This document shows positions 19,347 through 27,577 of a stretch of DNA of 61,092 bases, one piece after another. A program made the translations under genes and the position numbers. Source of the stretch: Gemmatimonadota bacterium (GTDB taxonomy: Bacteria > Gemmatimonadota > Gemmatimonadetes > Gemmatimonadales > GWC2-71-9). Location: assembly GCA_003246755.1 (NCBI GenBank), contig QKDC01000174.1:1-61092 (forward strand), in the 5' to 3' direction. Numbering within the stretch: the stretch's first letter is position 1; each line of letters begins with the position of its first letter. The notes under the pieces were generated by a model, which saw nothing but the letters and a program-made list of their open reading frames with translations, was not told the origin of the DNA and ran no database searches.

Positions 19347-19805
19347 ATGGCCAGCATCACACTCACGGTGAACGGCCACGCCCACACCGTCGATCTCCAG
19401 CCCGAAATGCCCCTGCTCTGGGCAATTCGGGACGTCATCGGGCTCACCGGCACCAAGTTCGGCTGCGGCATCTCCCAATGCGGTGCCTGTACGGTGCACC
19501 TCGACGGCCAGGCCGTCCGCTCCTGCCGCGTGCAGGTGGCGGATGCGGAAGGGCGAGCCATCACCACCATCGAAGGCCTGTCTCCCGACGGTTCACATCC
19601 CGTGCAGCGGGCATTCGCCGCCGAGGAAGTCCCGCAGTGTGGCTATTGCCAATCCGGGCAGGTCATGGCGGCGGCGGCACTTCTCGCGTCGAATGGCGCT
19701 CCGACCGATGAGGACATCGACCGTGCCATGGAGCGGAACCTCTGTCGCTGTGGCACCTACGACCGGATTCGCCGCGCCATTCACCGCGCCGCGAAGGAGG
19801 GCTGA
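19347..19805 (+). CDS. Molybdo-hydroxylase [2Fe-2S] subunit (isoquinoline 1-oxidoreductase alpha-like)
   Basis: [16 protein letters not shown]...[18 protein letters not shown]. Confidence 0.92.
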   Translation: MASITLTVNGHAHTVDLQPEMPLLWAIRDVIGLTGTKFGCGISQCGACTVHLDGQAVRSCRVQVADAEGRAITTIEGLSPDGSHPVQRAFAAEEVPQCGYCQSGQVMAAAALLASNGAPTDEDIDRAMERNLCRCGTYDRIRRAIHRAAKEG

Positions 19806-19808
19806 GCC

Positions 19809-21899
19809 ATGCCATCCATATCCAAGCTCACACGGCGTGATTTCCTGGCCCTCGGAGCGGTCGCTGGCGGAGGCCTGGCACTCGGTGCCTGGCTCCCCGG
19901 TCAGCAGCGTGGTTCTGCCGCCGACGCGTTGCAGCCGGGCGCCTTCGTGCGCATCGATCCCGACGGCAGCATTACGATCTGGATGGCGCGGGCAGACATG
20001 GGCCAGGGCGTGCGGACCTCGCTTCCGATGATCGTTGCCGACGAACTCGATGCCGATTGGAATCGGGTGGAGATCATCCAGGCGGACGCCCACCCGAACA
20101 AGTACGGCGGGCAGATGACGGTCGGCAGCTCGAGTGTGCGCCGCGGAGCGTGGACTCGTTTGCGTCAGGCCGGCGCCACCGCTCGCGAGATGCTGGTGAC
20201 CGCGGCCGCAACACAGTGGGGCGTTGCGACATCCTCGTGCCGGACAGAAGCCAGCGAGGTGATTCATGTTTCATCCGGTCGGCGACTCGGCTACGGGGCG
20301 CTGGCCGATGCAGCTTCGAAGCTGCCGGTTCCAGCATCACCTCGCCTCAAGGAACCTTCCGAATTCAGACTGATCGGCACGCGGGTACCGCTGGTCGACA
20401 CCTTGGCCAAGCTCACCGGCGCTGCAGGATTCGGGATCGATGCCCGCACACCGGGGATGCGGTTCGCGACCGTGCTTCGCCCTCCAGTGTTTGGTGGCAC
20501 GTTCGACGGCTGTGACCCCGCGCCAGCCCTGGCCATCCCCGGGGTGAGCGACGTGGTGGAGATCAGTTCGGGCATCGCGGTTGTGGCCGACAACACCTGG
20601 GCGGCATTCGAGGGCATGCGCGCGCTCGAGGTCAATTGGCACCATGGTGATTTCACCATGAGCAGTGCCGACCTCTCAGCTGCGTTTGCCAAGGCTTTGG
20701 AGTCTCCCGGTGCGGAAGCACGGAAGAACGGTGATGCCGTTGCAGCCCTTTCCGGCTCAGCCAAACGCATTGAAGCGATCTACGAAGCACCGCTGCTGTC
20801 CCACGCTACCATGGAGCCCATGAACTGTACTGCCGATGTTCGGGCAGATCGCTGTGAGATCTGGGCGCCGACTCAGAACCCGCAAGGCACCCAATCCATT
20901 GCGATGAAAATCACCGGTCTTCCCGCAGAACGGGTGCAGGTGCACATCACGTATCTCGGCTGCGGTTGGGGCCGACGGAGCGCGATGGACTTCGTGGAGG
21001 ACGCGGTCGAGACGTCGAAGAAGATCGGCAATCCGGTCCAAGTGGTCCGAACCCGTGAAGAAGACATGCGGCACGACTACTATCGCCAGGCAGGGATGTG
21101 CCGGTTCGAAGCGGGTCTGGACGCCGGCGGCCGGGTGGCTGCACTTACCTGTCGGGTCGCCTCGACTCCGATCTACGGCAGGGCCTTGGCCGTCGACGGC
21201 AACGGGGTGGACGGGATCGCCAGGTCACCCTATCGGTTCGCCAACTTCAGGGTCGAGAGCCATCCGGTCGTCACCGAGATTCCGATCGGGTACTGGCGGT
21301 CGGTTGGCCCGTCGCAGAACACCTTCTTCCTCGAGTGTTTCGTCGACGAGATCGCCCATGCCGCAGGTCGCGATCCTGTTGATCTCCGTCGTGAACTGCT
21401 CGGCGACAACACACGGGCTCGTGGTGTGCTCGACCTCGCCGCCGAGAAGGTCGGCTGGGGTACGTCACTGCCGGCAGGCAGAGCGCGTGGCATTGCGATC
21501 GTCGAAGACAAAGACTCGATCGTGGCGCAGGTGGCGGAGGTATCGATCGAAAATGGCGAACCGAAGGTGCATCGTGTGGTCGCGGCGGGTGACTTCGGTC
21601 AGGTGATCCACCCCGGCATCGTCGAGGCCCAGGTCTCGGGCTCAGTGATTGCGGGACTTGGTGCCGCGCTCGGCGAGGAGATCGTGCTGGAAAGGGGTCG
21701 GGTCGTGAGCGGGAACTTCCGTGACTACCAGATGATCCGGATGGCCCAGGCACCGGTAGTGGAGGTGCACATCGTACCGAGTACCGGAGATCCCGGCAGC
21801 GTGGGTGAGCCTGCCCTGCCCCCAATCGCTCCGGCGGTCGCGAACGCGCTATTCACTCTCACGGGGACAAGGATTCGGAAGCTGCCGATCCGGCTCTAG
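19809..21899 (+). CDS. Xanthine-dehydrogenase-family molybdopterin subunit (IorB-like), Tat-exported
   Basis: Tat motif TRRDFL, DMGQG, TVGSSS, HATMEPMNC, YWRSV, GSVGEPALPPIAPAVANA. Confidence 0.92.
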   Translation: MPSISKLTRRDFLALGAVAGGGLALGAWLPGQQRGSAADALQPGAFVRIDPDGSITIWMARADMGQGVRTSLPMIVADELDADWNRVEIIQADAHPNKYGGQMTVGSSSVRRGAWTRLRQAGATAREMLVTAAATQWGVATSSCRTEASEVIHVSSGRRLGYGALADAASKLPVPASPRLKEPSEFRLIGTRVPLVDTLAKLTGAAGFGIDARTPGMRFATVLRPPVFGGTFDGCDPAPALAIPGVSDVVEISSGIAVVADNTWAAFEGMRALEVNWHHGDFTMSSADLSAAFAKALESPGAEARKNGDAVAALSGSAKRIEAIYEAPLLSHATMEPMNCTADVRADRCEIWAPTQNPQGTQSIAMKITGLPAERVQVHITYLGCGWGRRSAMDFVEDAVETSKKIGNPVQVVRTREEDMRHDYYRQAGMCRFEAGLDAGGRVAALTCRVASTPIYGRALAVDGNGVDGIARSPYRFANFRVESHPVVTEIPIGYWRSVGPSQNTFFLECFVDEIAHAAGRDPVDLRRELLGDNTRARGVLDLAAEKVGWGTSLPAGRARGIAIVEDKDSIVAQVAEVSIENGEPKVHRVVAAGDFGQVIHPGIVEAQVSGSVIAGLGAALGEEIVLERGRVVSGNFRDYQMIRMAQAPVVEVHIVPSTGDPGSVGEPALPPIAPAVANALFTLTGTRIRKLPIRL

Positions 21900-22756
21900 C
21901 GCTCCGGCACCGTCGCGGTCCGCTGAGACACCTGACCGGCGAGAAAGTAGCCGAGCGCGCGGTGTTCGGGGTTGGTCAGATTGGCCACGTTGCCTCTGAG
22001 GGAGGATGGTGGCGTAGAGAACGGACCACCATTCGGTGCCGTCTGCTCGAAGAGCGTAAACCAGTAGCGGAAGGCCTGCTCGGGAATCGCTACCTGTCTG
22101 AGGGTCACCAGGTCTCCCGGTTCCACCACCTCCTCGTCGAACGGCTGATAGCCCACGACCCGTCCCCCATCGTAGAACTCATCACTGCTGATCACCCGGA
22201 ATCGGTTGCCTGGGTCAATGGAAACCCTGCGAACTCCGTTCACATAGAGTTCCCAGAGGTACCAGTTCTCCACTCCCGCCGGGTCGCTATAGTCGATCAC
22301 GGCGCGGAACCCTGAGTCCCCCTGTGCGATGCCCTTTTCCACGTACTCGAAGTAGAGGGAATCGATCGGTGGACCTGCCACGAGTGGCGCGACCGCTTCG
22401 TACTGCTCCCCTTCGTACCTGATCCGCAGTGTGTAGATCCCTCCCAGGCGGGGGACGAGGTCGGGGGTCCTGTACTCGCCTGGTGTCTGCTCGGTCAGGA
22501 GGTAGTTCGACCCGAGTTCGTCGCTGAGCTCCACCACCGCTCCGGTCGCCCGGGGCGGCGCGGTGTCGCTCGAGAAAGCATCGGTCGTGGTGAGTCGCAC
22601 GCGCTGGACCGCCTCGCCGTGCTCCAGGCGCGCATCGACAACCAGTAACCTGGGACCTTCTTCGACCTCGATGTCGACGACTCGTGTGCAGGCGCTGGTG
22701 AGCAGCAGGACGGATACGGCGAGCCTGCCAAGGTAAGGGTGATGGGAAGACGTCAC
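21896..22756 (-). CDS. DUF4249-family lipoprotein (TonB-receptor partner)
   Basis: Start moved to GTG 22756. Lipobox LTSAC, IDSLYF, DPAGVENWY, PFSTPPSSLRGNVAN, ALGYF. Confidence 0.8.
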   Translation of the reverse strand: MTSSHHPYLGRLAVSVLLLTSACTRVVDIEVEEGPRLLVVDARLEHGEAVQRVRLTTTDAFSSDTAPPRATGAVVELSDELGSNYLLTEQTPGEYRTPDLVPRLGGIYTLRIRYEGEQYEAVAPLVAGPPIDSLYFEYVEKGIAQGDSGFRAVIDYSDPAGVENWYLWELYVNGVRRVSIDPGNRFRVISSDEFYDGGRVVGYQPFDEEVVEPGDLVTLRQVAIPEQAFRYWFTLFEQTAPNGGPFSTPPSSLRGNVANLTNPEHRALGYFLAGQVSQRTATVPER

Positions 22757-22760
22757 GAGA

Positions 22761-25319
22761 TCAGAAACGGAACGAGAAGCTGATACTGGGAACGACGCCG
22801 AAAATCGAAGTTTCGATCGCTTCGACGAGGAGCGGGTTCGAGTCCGATTGCTCGAAGGAAATCGACTGTGCGTTGAATCGGTTGTACACGTTGAACACTC
22901 CGAACTGCCACTGAGATCGTGCGCCCATCCGGGTGAAGGTGAGGTCGAGTCGATGGTAGGTGGGGAGGCGAGCGGCGTTGCGCGCACCGTACTCGACGAC
23001 CACGAGCCCGTCATACTGATAGCGCGAGGTCGGGTAGGTGGCCGGGAGACCACTCGCAAGCACAAAGGTTCCACCAAGCGTCCACTTCCGACCCAGCGCA
23101 TAGAGCCCAACGATCGAAAGGTCGTGTGTCTTGTCGTAGGGAGAGGGGTAGAAGCGTCCGCCGTTGATCCCGGGATCGCCCATCCCCAACCCCGGGACGC
23201 GCCGCTCCGACCGACCCAGCGTGTAGCTCACCCATCCGGTGAGCCTTCCCGTCTGTTTCCTGGCATAGAGTTCGACTCCGTAGGCTCGGCCGTAGCCTTG
23301 GAGCATTTCGGTCTCGAGCCGGTCGTTGATGGCGATGTCCGCGCCCTCGATGAAATCGGTGACGCGATCGAGCCACTTGTACCAGGTTTCGACCGACAAC
23401 TCCCAGGCACCCCCACCCCAGTTGGAGACATACCCCACGGCCACCTGGTCTCCACGCTGTGGAGCGAGGTACGGTCCGATCGGTTCCCAGATATCAACCG
23501 GCGTCGGTGAGTTGGTGTTGGAGATGAGATGGAGATACTGCGTGGTCCTGGTATAGCTCACCTTGAGACTCTTCCCCTGAGAAAGTCCGACGCGAATGGA
23601 GGCCCGCGGTTCCAGGCCGGCGTTGGACGTGACGGTTCCGCCGGCAGGGATGCGTGTGCTATCGACGACCGTCCCTCGCTCATACCGACCTAGCTCCGGA
23701 TTCCACAGCACGGGAGCACCGTTGTCGTACTGGTATACCGTAGCCGCGCCAGTGCGCCGAAAACCCGCCCATCGGACTCCATACGCAATCGAGAGTCTCG
23801 GAGCGATCTCCCACTGGTGACTCAGATAGAGCGCGGGCGCCCAGCCTTGACGGCGCTGGAGATCGATCGCGTTCACCGGTGAGTCGCCGACCGGGCGGAT
23901 CCTTCCCGGTTGAATTCTCTGACGCGTGAGTTCTCCACCAAACTCGAGCGTGCTCCCGTTGGTGATGTAGAACGCCTCATCCACCTTGAGATTCAGATTG
24001 CCGATCTGCGAGGTCCATTCCAGATCCCGTCCGATACCGAGGAACTCGAGCCCGTAGTTGTAGTCGCTGACGGTGACCGTCGCCTTGTGGAAGAGTCTGC
24101 TCCCGAATGCCTGGTTCCATCGCAGAGTCCCGGCTCCGTTGCCCCAGAGGGCGCCAAATCGGTCTTCCACTTTGAACCGGTCGCGCCCGAAGTAGCCGGA
24201 GAGCATGAGCGTGCCTGTCTTCCCGATCCTGACGTTGGCTTTGGCATTGAGATCGTAGAAGTAGGCCGTGTTCTGGTTGAGGTCGGGATCGCTGGAGAGC
24301 TTGAGGAAGAGATCGGCGTAGGTCCGACGCCCGGCCACCAGCCACGACCCGGTGCCATTCGGCAGCGGGCCTTCCATGGCGAGACGACTCGACAACAACC
24401 CAATGGTTGCCGCCCCTTCAAATTCGTTGGCGTTGCCCTCTCGCTGTCTGATATCGAGCACGCTCGAAAGGCGGCCGCCGAGCCGAGCGGGAATGGCTCC
24501 TTTGTAGAGCTTGATGTCGTCGATCGCATCGCCGTTGAAGAGGGACAGGAAGCCGAACACATGCGATGGATTGTAGATCGTGGACTCGTCGAGCAGGATC
24601 AGGTTCTGGTCGGCGCTGCCACCACGCACGCTGAAGCCCGTCGAGAAGTCGCTGATGGTCGTCACGCCGGGCAGCAAACTGAGTGAACGAATAGGGTCTA
24701 CTTCACCGAGAACGACCGGCACGACCCGCAACGTCGGCATGTCGAGTCTCAGAGTACTCATCTCGGTGCTGCCGGGATCGATGTCCGAACTGTCCTCGCT
24801 CCCAGAAACGGTGAGTTCTTCGAGCGCGAACGGTCTCGGCGTGAGGGTGAAGTCGCGCACCTGCGATTCCGCGATCGTGATCGTGTCCGTGATTGGATCG
24901 AAGCCGAGGGCGCGGATCCGGATGAGGTGTCGACCTGGGGAGAGCGCGAGCACGAAGAACCCATCCTGGTTGCTTTCCGCGTGGACCGCCGTGCCGTCGG
25001 CCGTGATCAGGGCATACCGCACGACTTCCAGGCTCGCCGCAGACCGGATGTATCCACTCAGCCGGACCGGCGATGGCTGCTGGGCCGTCAGTGGCGGTGC
25101 GGCTGGCAGGACCGGCATGAGCATGAGGCTCACCGCAGCCAATACCAGACTATCACGAATGGTGGCTAGCCGCGATCGCAGGGGGACACTCCGGGATGGG
25201 GGCGCAAAATGACAGGAAATCAGTGAACGAAGGGGCAGAGGGTCCGGTAAAGAGGGAGCAAGATAACCAGGAGATAGGCCGCTGTCTGGCGGTTCCGGCG
25301 ACGGCGACTTGTGGGGCAC
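22761..25319 (-). CDS. TonB-dependent receptor with N-terminal carboxypeptidase-regulatory-like domain (start uncertain, probably later)
   Basis: SNQDGFFVL, plug SVRGGSADQNLILLD, GGRLSSVLDI, and C-terminal aromatic ...SISFSFRF. Confidence 0.9.
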   Translation of the reverse strand: MPHKSPSPEPPDSGLSPGYLAPSLPDPLPLRSLISCHFAPPSRSVPLRSRLATIRDSLVLAAVSLMLMPVLPAAPPLTAQQPSPVRLSGYIRSAASLEVVRYALITADGTAVHAESNQDGFFVLALSPGRHLIRIRALGFDPITDTITIAESQVRDFTLTPRPFALEELTVSGSEDSSDIDPGSTEMSTLRLDMPTLRVVPVVLGEVDPIRSLSLLPGVTTISDFSTGFSVRGGSADQNLILLDESTIYNPSHVFGFLSLFNGDAIDDIKLYKGAIPARLGGRLSSVLDIRQREGNANEFEGAATIGLLSSRLAMEGPLPNGTGSWLVAGRRTYADLFLKLSSDPDLNQNTAYFYDLNAKANVRIGKTGTLMLSGYFGRDRFKVEDRFGALWGNGAGTLRWNQAFGSRLFHKATVTVSDYNYGLEFLGIGRDLEWTSQIGNLNLKVDEAFYITNGSTLEFGGELTRQRIQPGRIRPVGDSPVNAIDLQRRQGWAPALYLSHQWEIAPRLSIAYGVRWAGFRRTGAATVYQYDNGAPVLWNPELGRYERGTVVDSTRIPAGGTVTSNAGLEPRASIRVGLSQGKSLKVSYTRTTQYLHLISNTNSPTPVDIWEPIGPYLAPQRGDQVAVGYVSNWGGGAWELSVETWYKWLDRVTDFIEGADIAINDRLETEMLQGYGRAYGVELYARKQTGRLTGWVSYTLGRSERRVPGLGMGDPGINGGRFYPSPYDKTHDLSIVGLYALGRKWTLGGTFVLASGLPATYPTSRYQYDGLVVVEYGARNAARLPTYHRLDLTFTRMGARSQWQFGVFNVYNRFNAQSISFEQSDSNPLLVEAIETSIFGVVPSISFSFRF

Positions 25320-25322
25320 GCC

Positions 25323-25351
25323 TTGCGGATTCTTCGATCCAAGGGCATTCT
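25323..25351 (+). promoter_or_regulatory. Putative sigma70 promoter
   Basis: TTGCGG-N17-CATTCT upstream of ATG 25420. Confidence 0.4.
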
Positions 25352-25419
25352 CTCACCGTTCCTCGTACAACTGATTCACGGCCACCAGGCCATCATACCC
25401 ACCGAATGGGAGAGTTTGC

Positions 25420-26166
25420 ATGTTCAAACGTACCACCGCTTTAGCTTTGGGGGCCCTGGCTCTCTTCAGCACCACACTCAAGGCCCAGGACAACGGGGAG
25501 CAGTTCCTCATGGCCACGTACTACGAGTGCGATTACAGCCTCGAGGGCACCGCCGATGTCATGATGCAGCGGCTCGCCCCGGTCTATCAGAAGCATGTCG
25601 ATGCTGGACACATCAGCGGTTTTGGCATGTCCGCCCATGTCATGGGTGGAAACTGGCGACGAATTGTCAGCATGACAGGTGAACGCGACGCGCTGCTCGA
25701 TCTCTGGAGTAGCATCGATGCGGAGTTGCAGGCGGCTGATCCGGCGGCCTACGCCCAGTTCAACGCGACCTGCGGGAAGGGTCACCAGGATTATTTGTGG
25801 GCCAATGTGGCGGGCAGCGCGCCAAACGCAACGCCGGCGCCGAACCAGTTCCGCCTCAGCACCTACTTCTTCTGCAACCAGGCACGTGAGGCCGCGGCCG
25901 ATACTGCCATCATGCAAAAGGTCGGTCCGGAACTCCAGAAGCACATGGATATGGGGCACGTCACCGGTTGGTCGTGGCTCCGGCACGCCAATGGCGGCAC
26001 GGTCCGACGCGTGCTGACGTTTACGGCACCAACGGTCAAAGGACTCTTCGCCATGCGTCAAGCAGCTTTTCAGGCCGCCGGCCCGGAAGCGATGGGCAAT
26101 CTCTTTGGTGGGGCCTGCGGGAACCACTTCGAGTACGTGTGGGCGGACGTCGATCTCACACCGTAG
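25420..26166 (+). CDS. Secreted hypothetical protein made of two tandem ~105-aa repeats (NIPSNAP/dimeric alpha-beta-barrel-like guess)
   Basis: SD GGGAG and signal peptide. TYYEC...H..AGHI...H..GG..RR...C..H.DY.W occurs twice. Confidence 0.75.
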   Translation: MFKRTTALALGALALFSTTLKAQDNGEQFLMATYYECDYSLEGTADVMMQRLAPVYQKHVDAGHISGFGMSAHVMGGNWRRIVSMTGERDALLDLWSSIDAELQAADPAAYAQFNATCGKGHQDYLWANVAGSAPNATPAPNQFRLSTYFFCNQAREAAADTAIMQKVGPELQKHMDMGHVTGWSWLRHANGGTVRRVLTFTAPTVKGLFAMRQAAFQAAGPEAMGNLFGGACGNHFEYVWADVDLTP

Positions 26167-26189
26167 AGTCTTGAAGCTTAGTTGAACCG

Positions 26190-26216
26190 GGGGGCGGGCC
26201 AATCGGTCCGCCCTTC
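26190..26216. terminator. Probable bidirectional terminator hairpin between convergent genes
   Basis: GGGCGGGCC-AATC-GGTCCGCCC (9 bp, one G-U). The U-tract is weak. Confidence 0.5.
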
Positions 26217-26244
26217 GTCGTTCCGGACGCGGGTGGGCGGCTCC

Positions 26245-27495
26245 CTACTGGATCACCATCCGCATGAGCTGGCCGCAGACCCATGCGCCATAGGTACCCA
26301 CCGCATACCCCAAAACCGCGAGCAACACGCCGACCGGGGCCAAGCTCGGATGGAACGCCGAGGCCACCACGGGAGCCGAGGCTGCACCACCGACATTCGC
26401 GACACTCCCGACAGCCAGGTAGAACGTGGGTGCCTTGATGGCTCGGCCCACCGCGAAGAGCAGTGCGACGTGGATCATCATCCAGACCCCACCAAGCGCG
26501 AAAAGGCCCGGTCGTTCGACGATCGCGCTGATATCCATCCCCATACCAATTGTCGCGATCAGCACGTATAGCATGACCGAGCCGACGGTCGAAGCCCCTG
26601 CCCCTTCGAGGGTCCGTGCTTTGGTGAACGAGAGCACGAGACCACCGGTCGTCGCGAGCACCACGACCCAGAAGAATTGCGATGTGAGACTCAACCGCTC
26701 GAGTGCGGGTGCCGTCCGACCTATCCACGGTGCCAGCCCGTCCGCGATGAAGTGCGAGAGACCTGATACGCCGAAACCGACTGCCACGATCATCATGAGG
26801 TCGGTGAAGCTCGGAATACGGGCATGTTTTTCCCGGAAGGCCTGCACGCGCCGGCGGAGGTCGTCGATTGCGCTGGTGTCGGCCCCCATCTTCTCATCGA
26901 GCACCGCAGCTCTCCCGGCCAAGTAGAGCAACACGGCGATCCAGAGGTTCCCGACCAAGACATCGACGGCGATCATCGACGAGAACACCTGGTCGCCGAC
27001 GTCGAAGACCTCCTTCATCGCTGCCTGGTTCGCCCCTCCACCGATCCAACTCCCGGCGATGGTGGTGAGACCGCGCCAGACGGCATCGGGCCCCGAGCCA
27101 CCAACGGTCTCCGGGCTGATCGCCGAAAAGAGCAGCACCGCGAGCGGACCGCCGATGAGGATACCGACCGTGCCCGTGAGGAACATGATCAACGCTTTGG
27201 GGCCGAGGCGGAGGATGGCCTTGAAGTCGATGCTGATGGTGAGGAGGACCAAGGTTGCCGGCAGCAGGTAGCGTGAGGCTACAAAGTAGAGTCGGGACTG
27301 ATCCGGGTCGATGATCCCGAAGGTGTTGAAGAGCGAGGGAATGAAGTAGCAGACCAGGAGCGAGGGGACATACTTGTAGAAGGTGCGGAATCCTGGTCGA
27401 TCGAGGCTCGCGGTCCAGAAGATGGCGCCCAGGGTCACGGCGAGGAGTGCAAGGACGGCAGCGTCATTGGTGAGGAGCGCGGTGGACTCGGGCAT
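26245..27495 (-). CDS. DUF819 family membrane protein
   Basis: Multi-TM. YFVASRYLLP, GSWIGGGANQAAM, ANVGGAASAPVVA, LGYAVGTYG. Confidence 0.88.
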   Translation of the reverse strand: MPESTALLTNDAAVLALLAVTLGAIFWTASLDRPGFRTFYKYVPSLLVCYFIPSLFNTFGIIDPDQSRLYFVASRYLLPATLVLLTISIDFKAILRLGPKALIMFLTGTVGILIGGPLAVLLFSAISPETVGGSGPDAVWRGLTTIAGSWIGGGANQAAMKEVFDVGDQVFSSMIAVDVLVGNLWIAVLLYLAGRAAVLDEKMGADTSAIDDLRRRVQAFREKHARIPSFTDLMMIVAVGFGVSGLSHFIADGLAPWIGRTAPALERLSLTSQFFWVVVLATTGGLVLSFTKARTLEGAGASTVGSVMLYVLIATIGMGMDISAIVERPGLFALGGVWMMIHVALLFAVGRAIKAPTFYLAVGSVANVGGAASAPVVASAFHPSLAPVGVLLAVLGYAVGTYGAWVCGQLMRMVIQ

Positions 27496-27577
27496 GGCGG
27501 AATCCGGATTGAGGAATATCGCGAAGTCCTACAAAGTACTGTCTCCTCGCGAGTCCTGTTGGTCCTCAACCATCGCG

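Noticed and set aside
22757-23110. N-terminal extension of the DUF4249 ORF
   Set aside because: Lies inside the TonB receptor gene in another frame. The lipobox defines the later start.
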